A stretch of 64,000 nucleotides of DNA from an uncultured archaeon (GTDB lineage: Archaea; Aenigmatarchaeota; Aenigmatarchaeia; GW2011-AR5; JAHLMP01): positions 19,784-83,783 of the forward strand of contig CAYRXY010000002.1 in NCBI GenBank assembly GCA_964428495.1. The letters are read 5' to 3'. Position 1 is the first letter of the stretch, and each line of letters starts with the position of its first letter. Positions 54,357 to 63,173 of this stretch are shown here, piece by piece. The notes beneath the pieces are model-generated. The model ran no database searches. It saw only the letters and a program-made list of their open reading frames with translations, and was not told where the DNA came from. Position numbers and translations under genes: made by a program.

Positions 54357-54770
54357 ATGTCTGAGAAATTAGAGGAATTATACATAAGATACGAAGAAGT
54401 GAAGAACTCGTTAAACTCATTACTTGCTGAGAGGAATGTTTTAGATAACGAATTGACAGAGCTCAATCTAACACTAAATGTTCTTGATGAATTTAAAAAT
54501 CTAAAGAAGGGTAGTGAGATCCTTTCACCAATAGGTTCTGGGATCTTTGTAAAATCAAGTGTAGTTGATAATGAAGAACTAATTGTGAATGTTGGTGCGA
54601 AAGTTTTGAAGAATATGGAACTCAAAGAAGCAAAAGATTTCATAGACAGAAGAATAAAATCTGTAGAAAAGGTTATGAAAGAAATGGATCAAAAGATTGC
54701 AGAGCTAGCACAATCATTACAAATAATCGAACAAAAATTACAAGAAGTATATAAGACCGGAAAATCTTAA
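54357..54770 (+). CDS. pfdA: prefoldin alpha subunit
   Basis: Coiled coil, then SEILSPIGSGIFVKSSV..LIVNVGAKVL, then coiled coil. ATG at 54357. Confidence 0.85.
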   Translation: MSEKLEELYIRYEEVKNSLNSLLAERNVLDNELTELNLTLNVLDEFKNLKKGSEILSPIGSGIFVKSSVVDNEELIVNVGAKVLKNMELKEAKDFIDRRIKSVEKVMKEMDQKIAELAQSLQIIEQKLQEVYKTGKS

Positions 54771-55202
54771 TTATTGTTTGTTCTCTTCTTTTGTCTCTTC
54801 CTTTTTGGAAAGAATCTCCTCTAATGGTTTTTCTCCTCTCTTAATAACCTTACAGCTTACCTGAACAATAGTCTTATCTATGGTATTTCCTCTGACTGTT
54901 TTTCTCTTTCTAAGACCTTTTATTTTTACAAGCTCCTTTCTTCTTCTTTTTCTTCCCTGAAATCCTACAGACTCTTTAAGTAGTAATCTCTTCTTGACTG
55001 CTCCCTCCAAGTCCGGACGCATCGGAAAGCCATCCTTATCTGTTCCACCGGTGATCTTGAATACATAACCATTAAGCCCTATAATTTCTCCATTAAATCT
55101 ATCACCAATTTTCAACTCTATTAAATCCGAGCAGTCAGATTGGTCGCGCTCTACCTGAAAGCTTTTTCCCTTATCTGAGATAACAAACTTAAATACTCCC
55201 AT
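54771..55202 (-). CDS. rps6e: 30S ribosomal protein eS6
   Basis: MGVFKFVISDKGKSFQVE..ITGGTDKDGFPMRPDL..RKRKTVRGNTI. Confidence 0.93.
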   Translation of the reverse strand: MGVFKFVISDKGKSFQVERDQSDCSDLIELKIGDRFNGEIIGLNGYVFKITGGTDKDGFPMRPDLEGAVKKRLLLKESVGFQGRKRRRKELVKIKGLRKRKTVRGNTIDKTIVQVSCKVIKRGEKPLEEILSKKEETKEENKQ

Positions 55203-55298
55203 AATAACCACTTTGATATTATCCTATTTTTAGTTTAAATGTTTTTATTTTTTTAATTTTACCTCATTCTTTTATATTCCTAAGAAAAATCTATAATT

Positions 55299-55814
55299 AT
55301 GAAACCTAATATAGGAAAGGGAGATAAAGGAGAAACTGAGGTATTTGGCAAAAAAATCAAGAAATCTTCTGAACTAGCTGAACTTATTGGAAAGGTAGAT
55401 CACCTAAACAGTCTCATTGGTTTTGCAAGAAGCTTGAATGCCCATAAAGATATAGACAAAATACTCGAAAGCGTACAGACTGATCTGTTTCTAATAGGTT
55501 CAGAACTTGCGGGTGCTAGGAATGACTTTAGTAGAGAAAAAACCGACAATCTGAAGAAAACCATCGAAGAATTGGAAATGGGGCTTAAGCCACTTCATCA
55601 TTTCATATATCCATCAGGATCTAAATCTTCAACTATATTTCAAGTTTGTCGTTCCTTTTGTCGAATAGTCGAACAAACCACATTTAGGGTATCCGAGAAA
55701 GAGAAAATTAACCCAAACATACTTTCATATCTAAACAGACTATCTGATCTATTATTTACCATTGCACGATTGGAGAATAAAAGAGATGGATTTGAGGAAA
55801 AGGAATGGAGTTAA
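55299..55814 (+). CDS. PduO-type ATP:cob(I)alamin adenosyltransferase
   Basis: GKGDKGETEVFG..KSSELAELIGKVDHLNSLIG and LHHFIYPSGS motifs. Confidence 0.88.
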   Translation: MKPNIGKGDKGETEVFGKKIKKSSELAELIGKVDHLNSLIGFARSLNAHKDIDKILESVQTDLFLIGSELAGARNDFSREKTDNLKKTIEELEMGLKPLHHFIYPSGSKSSTIFQVCRSFCRIVEQTTFRVSEKEKINPNILSYLNRLSDLLFTIARLENKRDGFEEKEWS

Positions 55815-55956
55815 ATATAAATTTTTCGTTTCTTTAATGATGTGTTTCTAAAACAAAAATTTGATTTTATATTTTGAAAAAATTACAATGATGTAAACAA
55901 ATACTTAAAAACTTCTAAGACTAAATATTAGTTTATCTCTCTAATTTTAGGTTGAT

Positions 55957-58554
55957 ATGATGATTAAAAAAATCAAAAAGCGTGACGGTACCATTGTTTC
56001 TTTTGATAGGAAAAAGATTTCTGAGGCCATATGGAAAGCTGCTCGCTCTGTTGGTGGCAAGGATAAAGCAACTTCCGAAAAGCTTGCAGAGCAAGTTGTT
56101 GAACTTCTAGAAAAATCACTAAAGGAAGGTGAAATACCTACAGTAGAACAGGTTCAAGATATAGTAGAAAAGATATTGGTAGAGAACGGACACTACCAAA
56201 CCGCAAAAGCATATATTACTTACAGAAAGGAAAAAGAAAGAATTAGAAAAGAAAAAATTGCTCTTCTCGGTAAGTTTTATGATGAAAAGGTGGCAAAGAG
56301 GTTTTCCATAAATGCCATTAAGCTTATGGTTAATCGATATCTCCTAAAGAATGAGAAGAGAGAAATCATAGAGGGCCCGAAGCAACTATTTCAGAGAGTT
56401 GCGATGCTTATCGTAATACCTGATATTCTCTATAATAAAGATGTATATGATAAGGAAGGTAAGCAGGAGATAAAACCAAAAGAGGAATTCAATCCAGAAG
56501 AATGGGAAGGAAAACTTGGATTTGAAATAGATGGTGAATTCATAAGCTGGAATAAATATCATTTAGAGAGGATGAAGTACTTATATGATGAACTTAATGA
56601 AAAGGGTTATATGAAAATTACTTGGTCTGACCTTCTAGAGCTTCTGAAGAATAATGAATTTCAGGATTATTCGAAAAACTTTTTGAGATACTTTAACCTT
56701 ATGATAGATAAAAAGTTTATTCCCAATTCTCCTACCCTTTTCAATGCAGGTGCACCGCTAGGTCAACTATCTGCTTGTTTTGTTATCGATATGGATGATG
56801 ATATGGAGAATATAATGGATGCTGCAAAACATGCCGCTATGATATTTAAATCAGGTGGAGGAATTGGAATCAATTATTCCAAGTTGAGACCAGAGGGGGA
56901 TGTTGTTGCATCTACAGGGGGTGTAGCATCTGGACCTGTAAGCTTTATGAGGATAATTGATGTTGTAACTGACGTTGTAAAACAGGGGGGAAAGAGACGT
57001 GGGGCAAATATGGGAATATTAGAGAGCTGGCACCCAGATATATACACATTTATTCATGCAAAAGGTAAGGAGGGTGTTTTAGAAAACTTTAACATTTCTG
57101 TTATGGTCGATGATAAATTTTGGGAAGCCTACAAAGAAAAGAAGCCATATCATCTTATCAATCCTAGAAACGATGAGATAGTCGGTGAAACAGATTCAGA
57201 GAAATTATTAAATGAAATTGCATACATGGCATGGAAAACTGCAGATCCTGGTGTACTCTTTTTAGATAATATAAATGCAAGGAATGTTCAAAGAGAAAAG
57301 CGTGGATTTATAAGAGCAACCAACCCTTGTGGTGAACAGCCACTATATCCATACGAATCATGCAACCTTGGATCTATAAATCTTTATGCATTTGTTAAGT
57401 TTGATGATAAAGCAGATCCTTATTTCGATTGGGATGAGTTTAGAGAAGCGACCAAGATTGCATACAGATTTTTAGATAATGTGATTGATGTTAACAAGTA
57501 TCCGATTCCTCAAATAGAAAAGGCTTCAAAAGCTGTAAGAAGAGTTGGATTAGGGTTTATGGGTCTTGCCGATACTTTGTATGCAATGGGGATTCCTTAT
57601 AGTTCTGAAGAAGGATTTGACTTTACAAGAAAGGTAAGCGAATGGTTAACATATTATTCAATGGAAGAATCTGTAGAAAGAGGTAAAGAAAGGGGTCTTT
57701 TCGACCTTTATGAGCTTTCATCATACTCTAAGGGGGAAATGCCTATTGAGGGGGTTTACCATAAGGAACTCTGGACTTTAGATTGGGAAAAACTTCAGAA
57801 AGATATAATGAAGTATGGAATAAGAAATGTGGAGGTAACATCTATTGCACCTACTGGTTCTATATCCATGTTCTTTGATGTTTCCTCTGGTATTGAGCCA
57901 CAATTTGCTCTTGTTTATGAGAAAAGAGTTGTTGCGGGTCAATTTTTCTACACGGATCTGGAATTTGAGAGACAATTAAAGACTCATGGATTATATAATG
58001 ATGAAATACTGAAGAAAGTCTCTGATAATGGAGGTAGTGTTCAAGGAATAGAAGAAATACCTGAAAAGTTGAGAAGAATATTCGTCACATCACTTGATAT
58101 TCCTTGGTGGGATCATATAAGAGCTGAAGCGGTTTCTCAACTATGGATAACAACATCTATTAGTAAAACGATAAACATGCCTGAATGGGTCACAGAAGAC
58201 GACGTTAAAAAGGCGTACATGGTTGCACATGCCATGGGCTGTAAAGGAGTGACTATTTACAGAGAGAAAAGTAAATCAAAACAGGTCATATACCTACCGG
58301 GTGAAATATCCAAGAAGAGAATAAAAGAAACGTTAAAACTTATTAAAAACAAAACGCCTGAACTAATAAAAGAACTTGGAATTGAAATGCCAGAATGGTA
58401 TAAGAATATAGAGAATGGTGAAAAGATATTTTCTAAGGTCATGGAGGAGGAAGACGTAGAAAAATGTCCTGTATGTGGGAGCACCAACCTCGTACACCAA
58501 GGAGGATGTATAACATGTCTTGACTGTGGCTGGTCTGAGTGTGTTATAGCTTAA
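55957..58554 (+). CDS. nrdJ: adenosylcobalamin-dependent (class II) ribonucleotide reductase with ATP-cone
   Basis: ATP-cone KIKKRDGTIVSFDRKKISEAIWKA. Active site NPCGEQPLYPYESCNLGSINL. C-terminal CPVCGS..CITCLDCGWSEC zinc ribbon. 865 aa. Confidence 0.95.
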   Translation: MMIKKIKKRDGTIVSFDRKKISEAIWKAARSVGGKDKATSEKLAEQVVELLEKSLKEGEIPTVEQVQDIVEKILVENGHYQTAKAYITYRKEKERIRKEKIALLGKFYDEKVAKRFSINAIKLMVNRYLLKNEKREIIEGPKQLFQRVAMLIVIPDILYNKDVYDKEGKQEIKPKEEFNPEEWEGKLGFEIDGEFISWNKYHLERMKYLYDELNEKGYMKITWSDLLELLKNNEFQDYSKNFLRYFNLMIDKKFIPNSPTLFNAGAPLGQLSACFVIDMDDDMENIMDAAKHAAMIFKSGGGIGINYSKLRPEGDVVASTGGVASGPVSFMRIIDVVTDVVKQGGKRRGANMGILESWHPDIYTFIHAKGKEGVLENFNISVMVDDKFWEAYKEKKPYHLINPRNDEIVGETDSEKLLNEIAYMAWKTADPGVLFLDNINARNVQREKRGFIRATNPCGEQPLYPYESCNLGSINLYAFVKFDDKADPYFDWDEFREATKIAYRFLDNVIDVNKYPIPQIEKASKAVRRVGLGFMGLADTLYAMGIPYSSEEGFDFTRKVSEWLTYYSMEESVERGKERGLFDLYELSSYSKGEMPIEGVYHKELWTLDWEKLQKDIMKYGIRNVEVTSIAPTGSISMFFDVSSGIEPQFALVYEKRVVAGQFFYTDLEFERQLKTHGLYNDEILKKVSDNGGSVQGIEEIPEKLRRIFVTSLDIPWWDHIRAEAVSQLWITTSISKTINMPEWVTEDDVKKAYMVAHAMGCKGVTIYREKSKSKQVIYLPGEISKKRIKETLKLIKNKTPELIKELGIEMPEWYKNIENGEKIFSKVMEEEDVEKCPVCGSTNLVHQGGCITCLDCGWSECVIA

Positions 58555-58850
58555 AAAGATCCTATCAAACTATAGATTCCCTTCAATATCATAAAAATTC
58601 CTATGTATGTAAATGGAGACCAAAAATGACCGTGCATTTCTAAGACAATTATTACTCCCGTCAATGTATCTAAGATGCTAAAGATTACTCCTGACATATA
58701 ACTCCAAGAAACTCCCATGGTCCATAGTCCTTTTATTATGAATATTGCTGCAAGATAAGATGAAAGAAAGACCCTAAAAATGATGCATATACCTCCAATT
58801 AGATCTAAAATACCTAGAATGACGAGTCCTATAGATCTAATATATATCAC
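58551..58850 (-). CDS. hypothetical small membrane protein (99 aa)
   Basis: Three or four hydrophobic helices. Confidence 0.5.
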   Translation of the reverse strand: MIYIRSIGLVILGILDLIGGICIIFRVFLSSYLAAIFIIKGLWTMGVSWSYMSGVIFSILDTLTGVIIVLEMHGHFWSPFTYIGIFMILKGIYSLIGSF

Positions 58851-58887
58851 CTGAGAAATAAACTAAAAAAAGAAAAATTTATATTAG

Positions 58888-60015
58888 TTATACGTTTCTT
58901 CTTTCTTTTGTTCTAATTCTCTCTTTTGCAATTTCCATCGCTGCATCTCTTGGTTTCACATTCAACTCCTTTGCCTTTTCTAATGCTAATTTTGTATTCT
59001 TCTTGACCTTCTCTTCGATTAGTTCAAATGCTTTCTTCTCGTCATAGCCCATGTATTCTGCATAACTAGATATTACACCACCTGCATTCGCTACAAAGTC
59101 TGGTATGATAAGAATACCTTTCTTGTGCAGCTGCTCTTCTATGTGTTCCTTCATTGGAATGTTTGCTGCTTCAACAATCAACTTTGCCTTTATCTTATCT
59201 ACATTCGATTCATTTATTACGTCAGAGAGTGCCGCAGGTATGAGAACATCAACGTCAAGACCAAATATATCATCTATAACTTTTCCATCCTTGTAGTTTA
59301 CAACACTTCTTGTCTCTTGTTTGACCTTGATTAGTTCCTCAACGTCAAGTCCATTCTCATTGTAAATAACTCCTTTACTGTCTGATACTGCAACGATCTT
59401 TGCTCCCTTCTCTGCAAGGAACTTTGCTGTGAAACTACCCACATTACCAAATCCTTGAACGCCTACTTTGACATCAGAGACACTCAAACCAAGAAACTCA
59501 ATTCCAACCATTGTTGAATGAAAGGCTCCAAAACCGGTTGAACCAAGTTCGTGTGGTAAGCCACCAAGGTCTTTTGGCTTTCCTGTACAGGAGTCTAAGT
59601 TTCTATTTCCCTCAACGAACCATCTCATTTCCTCTTCTCCTGTATTTACATCTGGAGCTGCTATGTACATCTCCGGTGCAATTCTCCTTAGTGCTCGTCC
59701 AAATGCTCTCATCAGTTCTTTCTTTCTCTCCTTGTTCATAATGTCCTCCCTGCTTGCAGCGATTCCTGACTTTGCTCCTCCAAACGGTATGTCTGCCATT
59801 GCATTCTTCCATGTCATAGTTCTCGCGAGCCTAAAGACCTCTTCTATACTTACTGTAGGCGTCATTCGAATTCCTCCTTTTCCCGGGCCAAGTGTTGTAT
59901 TATCTATTACCGTAAATCCATACAACCCTGTCTTTGGATCGTAAATCTCTATTATCTTTTCAGGACCAAATTTATCTCTTTTGATCGTCATGGCATATAA
60001 TATAGTTGTAAACAT
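58888..60015 (-). CDS. Glu/Leu/Phe/Val-family amino-acid dehydrogenase (glutamate dehydrogenase-like)
   Basis: GPGKGGIRM, IPFGGAKSGI and Rossmann VQGFGNVGSFTAKFLAEKGAKIV. Alternative ATG at 59991. Confidence 0.9.
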   Translation of the reverse strand: MFTTILYAMTIKRDKFGPEKIIEIYDPKTGLYGFTVIDNTTLGPGKGGIRMTPTVSIEEVFRLARTMTWKNAMADIPFGGAKSGIAASREDIMNKERKKELMRAFGRALRRIAPEMYIAAPDVNTGEEEMRWFVEGNRNLDSCTGKPKDLGGLPHELGSTGFGAFHSTMVGIEFLGLSVSDVKVGVQGFGNVGSFTAKFLAEKGAKIVAVSDSKGVIYNENGLDVEELIKVKQETRSVVNYKDGKVIDDIFGLDVDVLIPAALSDVINESNVDKIKAKLIVEAANIPMKEHIEEQLHKKGILIIPDFVANAGGVISSYAEYMGYDEKKAFELIEEKVKKNTKLALEKAKELNVKPRDAAMEIAKERIRTKERRNV

Positions 60016-60017
60016 AT

Positions 60018-60425
60018 TTATACGTTGAACTCTTTCATATTAAGTTCTCTAATAATTTCATAGAAATTTTGAATGTTGGAAACCTTTACCAAATGCGAAG
60101 CACATTTGCAGTCTGAAGAACCAAATCCCGGAACATAATTGAAGTCCTGTATCATGATTGTAGCTATCCTGCATTCCATATCCTTATCTGAGGTTAAGTA
60201 GAAAACCTTCTGAATTGATGAAAAACTATTGGAAAGAAGATAGTCGATATGCCAAAATTTTTTCTTTCGTTTCCTAAAGTGTCTTTTTATTCGATTCTCT
60301 AAACTATTTTGAGCGGAACCCACATACGCATAAAAGCCCTTACTAAATTTAATTACTCCTAGACATCCGACTTTCAATTTCACATTTCTAGAAACTTTTA
60401 TTAATAAAACATATACTCCTTTCAT
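60018..60425 (-). CDS. GIY-YIG-superfamily DUF123 (Uri-like) nuclease
   Basis: GVYVLLIKV..KFSKGFYAYVGSA..LENRIKRHFRKRKKKFWHIDYLL. ATG 60425 preferred over TTG 60452. Confidence 0.82.
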   Translation of the reverse strand: MKGVYVLLIKVSRNVKLKVGCLGVIKFSKGFYAYVGSAQNSLENRIKRHFRKRKKKFWHIDYLLSNSFSSIQKVFYLTSDKDMECRIATIMIQDFNYVPGFGSSDCKCASHLVKVSNIQNFYEIIRELNMKEFNV

Positions 60426-60438
60426 ACCTACCAATATC

Positions 60439-60448
60439 TTTTTAAATA
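60439..60448 (+). promoter_or_regulatory. TATA box (TTTTTAAATA) for the 5S rRNA gene
   Basis: A/T box centred about 25 nt upstream of the predicted 5S 5' end (60469), in the 43-nt gap shared with the divergent DUF123 gene. Confidence 0.45.
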
Positions 60449-60468
60449 CCAATCACTAATAATATTCT

Positions 60469-60588
60469 GGTTGACGACCAAAGCGGGCGGGGTACGCCGG
60501 TTCCCATTCCGAACACCGAAGCTAAGCCGCCCAGCGATCTCGTGAGTACTGCGCCATCTGGCGTGGAAAAGCGAGGACGTCGTCAACC
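60469..60588 (+). rRNA. rrf: 5S ribosomal RNA
   Basis: 120 nt. Helix I GGTTGACGAC/GTCGTCAACC. Conserved CCCATTCCGAACACCGAAGCTAAGC and GAGTACTG. About 60% GC against an AT-rich background. Confidence 0.95.
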
Positions 60589-61206
60589 GCTTTTCATCCA
60601 TTCGTTCTCCCATTTTTTGATTTCATCTTCTGAAAGTATTTTTATTTTCGGTTTCTTTTTTTCTCCATACTTTGGTCTAAGAAGAAATCCATATACAACA
60701 CCAGTGCCTAGCCCTGCAAGATGACCTAGATGAGCAACATTATCAGAACCGAAAATACCGATGAAATCTAATAATGCCCATATAACTAACGCAACCAACA
60801 TAGGCATTGGAATTCCCATTACCCATACCACCAGTCTTGGTCTAAGAATTCCAAGAGTTCCGAGAATACCGAATATAGCTCCAGATGCACCGATTATCGA
60901 TGAATAAAACAATAATCCAACAAGTCCAGATGCAATTCCTGACGCAAAATAAATCATTAGAAATCTCTTGCTTCCTATTACACTTTCTAGAATAATTCCA
61001 AAGAGTAGTAATGCAAACATATTGTAAAATATATGGCTCAGCGAATTCAAGCTGTGAACGAACATATAAGTAATTAAGCTCCAAGGAGCATTCAAGATAT
61101 TCTTAGAGGAAAGTGCTAAATAATTTATAGTTTGGGGAAATACCAGCTCTAAAACATAGACAAAAATGCATAATAAAAAGATAGATATAGTCGCTCTATA
61201 TTTCAT
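60583..61206 (-). CDS. rhomboid-family intramembrane serine protease
   Basis: GASGAIFGILG (catalytic Ser) and AHLGHLAG (catalytic His). Six TMs. Confidence 0.9.
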   Translation of the reverse strand: MKYRATISIFLLCIFVYVLELVFPQTINYLALSSKNILNAPWSLITYMFVHSLNSLSHIFYNMFALLLFGIILESVIGSKRFLMIYFASGIASGLVGLLFYSSIIGASGAIFGILGTLGILRPRLVVWVMGIPMPMLVALVIWALLDFIGIFGSDNVAHLGHLAGLGTGVVYGFLLRPKYGEKKKPKIKILSEDEIKKWENEWMKSG

Positions 61207-61334
61207 TTCTTTTTTTTCACCTTCTTTTCCTGAATTAAAAAACTGCCAATATCGTAAATCAGATCAACAAAACCGCAAATTAGCTTAGCAAAATCATTGT
61301 CCCAGTTTATTTCATACTTATACTTCTTACCCAT
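61203..61334 (-). CDS. candidate 43-aa ORF coupled to the rhomboid gene
   Basis: Not in the track. MGKKYKYEINWDNDFAKLICGFVDLIYDIGSFLIQEKKVKKKK. Its TGA overlaps the rhomboid ATG (ATGA). Weak. Confidence 0.25.
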   Translation of the reverse strand: MGKKYKYEINWDNDFAKLICGFVDLIYDIGSFLIQEKKVKKKK

Positions 61335-61409
61335 ATACTTTATTTTGAAGGATTCAGAATAAATAAAAAACTTTTAATTTGTAGAGAATTATTATTTAAA
61401 CTATCGTTT

Positions 61410-61484
61410 GCCTCGGTGGTGTAGTCCGGTCTAGCATACAGCCCTGTCGAGGCTGTGACCCGGGTTCAAATCCCGGCCGAGGCG
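61410..61484 (+). tRNA. tRNA-Asp (anticodon GUC)
   Basis: Acceptor GCCTCGG/CCGAGGC, anticodon stem CAGCC/GGCTG with loop CTGTCGA, T-arm CCGGG TTCAAAT CCCGG. Confidence 0.93.
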
Positions 61485-61517
61485 TGACCGAAAACATTTA
61501 GTTTCCAAACACATTTT

Positions 61518-61640
61518 GGGCCCGTAGCTCAGTCTGGACAACACAGCATTTCGATACAACCTTTTTGAAAGGTTGTGTTGGGATAATAGAGCGCCGGCCT
61601 TTTAAGCCGAGTGTCGCGGGTTCGAATCCCGTCGGGCCCA
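61518..61640 (+). tRNA. tRNA-Lys (anticodon UUU) interrupted by a roughly 49-nt intron in the D-loop
   Basis: Acceptor GGGCCCG/CGGGCCC. D-stem GCTC (61527-30)/GAGC (61589-92) separated by 58 nt. Anticodon loop CTTTTAA, T-arm GCGGG TTCGAAT CCCGT. Intron about 61538-61586. Confidence 0.8.
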
Positions 61641-61697
61641 TCAAATTCTTAAAATTATTTAAGCTTTGCTACGCAATCTAATCAACAGGTGTAATTT

Positions 61698-62231
61698 ATG
61701 GAGTTAGTGTTGGATGACGGATGTCGAATATATAAGTCATATCCTGAAGATTGGAAAAAAATAAAGGAAAGAATAATTGAAATTGATGAAAAAGCCTTTG
61801 AGAAACGATATAGAGATACTGAAAAAAGTATGGAAAGAATATTCACGGATTCTGAAAATCTGAACTTGATAGCATATGCTCGAGATAAACTATGCGGATA
61901 TTCTATTGGAGGGAGTATGAAAAAATTTAAAGACAGAAGTAAAAAACCGTGGATATATCCATCCTTAGAAGGAATAGACGATTCCGATGTATTCTATATA
62001 TACGGGACTGGTATTGATCCTAAATTTCAGGGGAATGGAATAGGTACAAAACTAAAGAAGGTCCAAATAGATCTTGTAAAAAGCATGGGGTACAAGGCTA
62101 TGACTTCTCATGCCCTGAACGATATCATAAAACACATAGAGGGGAAATTTGGTTTTAAAGAGAAAGGTTATATAGAAAAAGAAGGAACTTATATGGTGCT
62201 AATATTTAATGATGAGAATGATAACAAATAA
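61698..62231 (+). CDS. GNAT-family N-acetyltransferase
   Basis: Acetyl-CoA motif GIDPKFQGNGIGTKLKK. Confidence 0.85.
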   Translation: MELVLDDGCRIYKSYPEDWKKIKERIIEIDEKAFEKRYRDTEKSMERIFTDSENLNLIAYARDKLCGYSIGGSMKKFKDRSKKPWIYPSLEGIDDSDVFYIYGTGIDPKFQGNGIGTKLKKVQIDLVKSMGYKAMTSHALNDIIKHIEGKFGFKEKGYIEKEGTYMVLIFNDENDNK

Positions 62232-63132
62232 AGACTTTGAGATCATTAGAGAAGAAATCAAAAAGCTAAAAAAAAGGAAACCGAAGATAATGATACAAAT
62301 TCCTGAAGGACTTAAATCGGAGGCTACAGAACTTATAGATACATTATCTGAATTTTGCGAACCAATACTCGAACTAGATCCATGTTACGGTGCATGCGAT
62401 ATCAGATGTGAAGAGGCAAAGATAATGAAGTGTGATGCTATTTTACATATCGGGCATATTAAATTCTACAGAGATATTGACTGTGATATTCCGATAATAT
62501 ATTATCCACTAAATATTGATGTTGAAATTCCAGAAGAGGAGCTAGAAAAAATACCGTTCAAAAGGGTTGGACTTATTTCCACGGTTCAACACATATCTAG
62601 TCTTGAAAAAATAAAAAATGCTCTCGAGAATAAGAACAAGAAAGTCATAATAGGTGGTGAAATTTTGGGTTGTTGGACTGCTAACGTAAAAAGAATTGAA
62701 AAAAATGTTGATTGTTTTCTACTAGTTTCGAGTGGTAGATTTCATGCACTAGGAATAAAAACAGAAAAACCTGTCTATATCTTTGATCCAGAGAGAGGTA
62801 TCGTAGAGGAAATTGATAAAAGTGAAGAAATAAGCCGCTTGAAAGTATTGTATGCAAGACTGGATAAATTAAAGAATTCAAAGAAGATTGGACTGATAGT
62901 ATCAAGAAAACCAGGTCAGTTTTACAACGATTGGAAAAAAATAAAGGAAAAATTAGAGAATATGGGTAAAAAGGTTTATGTTCTGATGATGGATTATATT
63001 ACAAATGATAAATTAATGGGTCTAGACGTGGACGTTCTAATTAATACGGCGTGTCCTCGCTTGTTTGATGATCACCTTGATAAACCATTAATAAACCTAG
63101 AAGATTTGCTAAAATTTATTTCTTCTAAGTAG
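62209..63132 (+). CDS. dph2: diphthamide biosynthesis radical-SAM enzyme Dph2
   Basis: IQIPEGLKSEATELIDTL, DPCYGACDI and ILHIGH motifs. 307 aa. Confidence 0.88.
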   Translation: MMRMITNKDFEIIREEIKKLKKRKPKIMIQIPEGLKSEATELIDTLSEFCEPILELDPCYGACDIRCEEAKIMKCDAILHIGHIKFYRDIDCDIPIIYYPLNIDVEIPEEELEKIPFKRVGLISTVQHISSLEKIKNALENKNKKVIIGGEILGCWTANVKRIEKNVDCFLLVSSGRFHALGIKTEKPVYIFDPERGIVEEIDKSEEISRLKVLYARLDKLKNSKKIGLIVSRKPGQFYNDWKKIKEKLENMGKKVYVLMMDYITNDKLMGLDVDVLINTACPRLFDDHLDKPLINLEDLLKFISSK

Positions 63133-63134
63133 TA

Positions 63135-63150
63135 CCGAAATCTTTAAACA
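63135..63150 (+). promoter_or_regulatory. candidate BRE/TATA (CCGAAA-TCTTTAAACA) for the downstream structured RNA
   Basis: Purine-rich BRE-like element plus an A/T box centred about 28 nt upstream of 63174. A second TATATAAT box at 63163-63170 is an alternative. Confidence 0.3.
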
Positions 63151-63173
63151 CTATCATATCTCTATATAATTTA

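Noticed and set aside
55815-55956. Possible cobalamin riboswitch upstream of the B12-dependent RNR
   Set aside because: The 142-nt leader is very AT-rich. It has no GC-rich helices and no B12-box-like GCCACTG element. It looks like a plain promoter/UTR.
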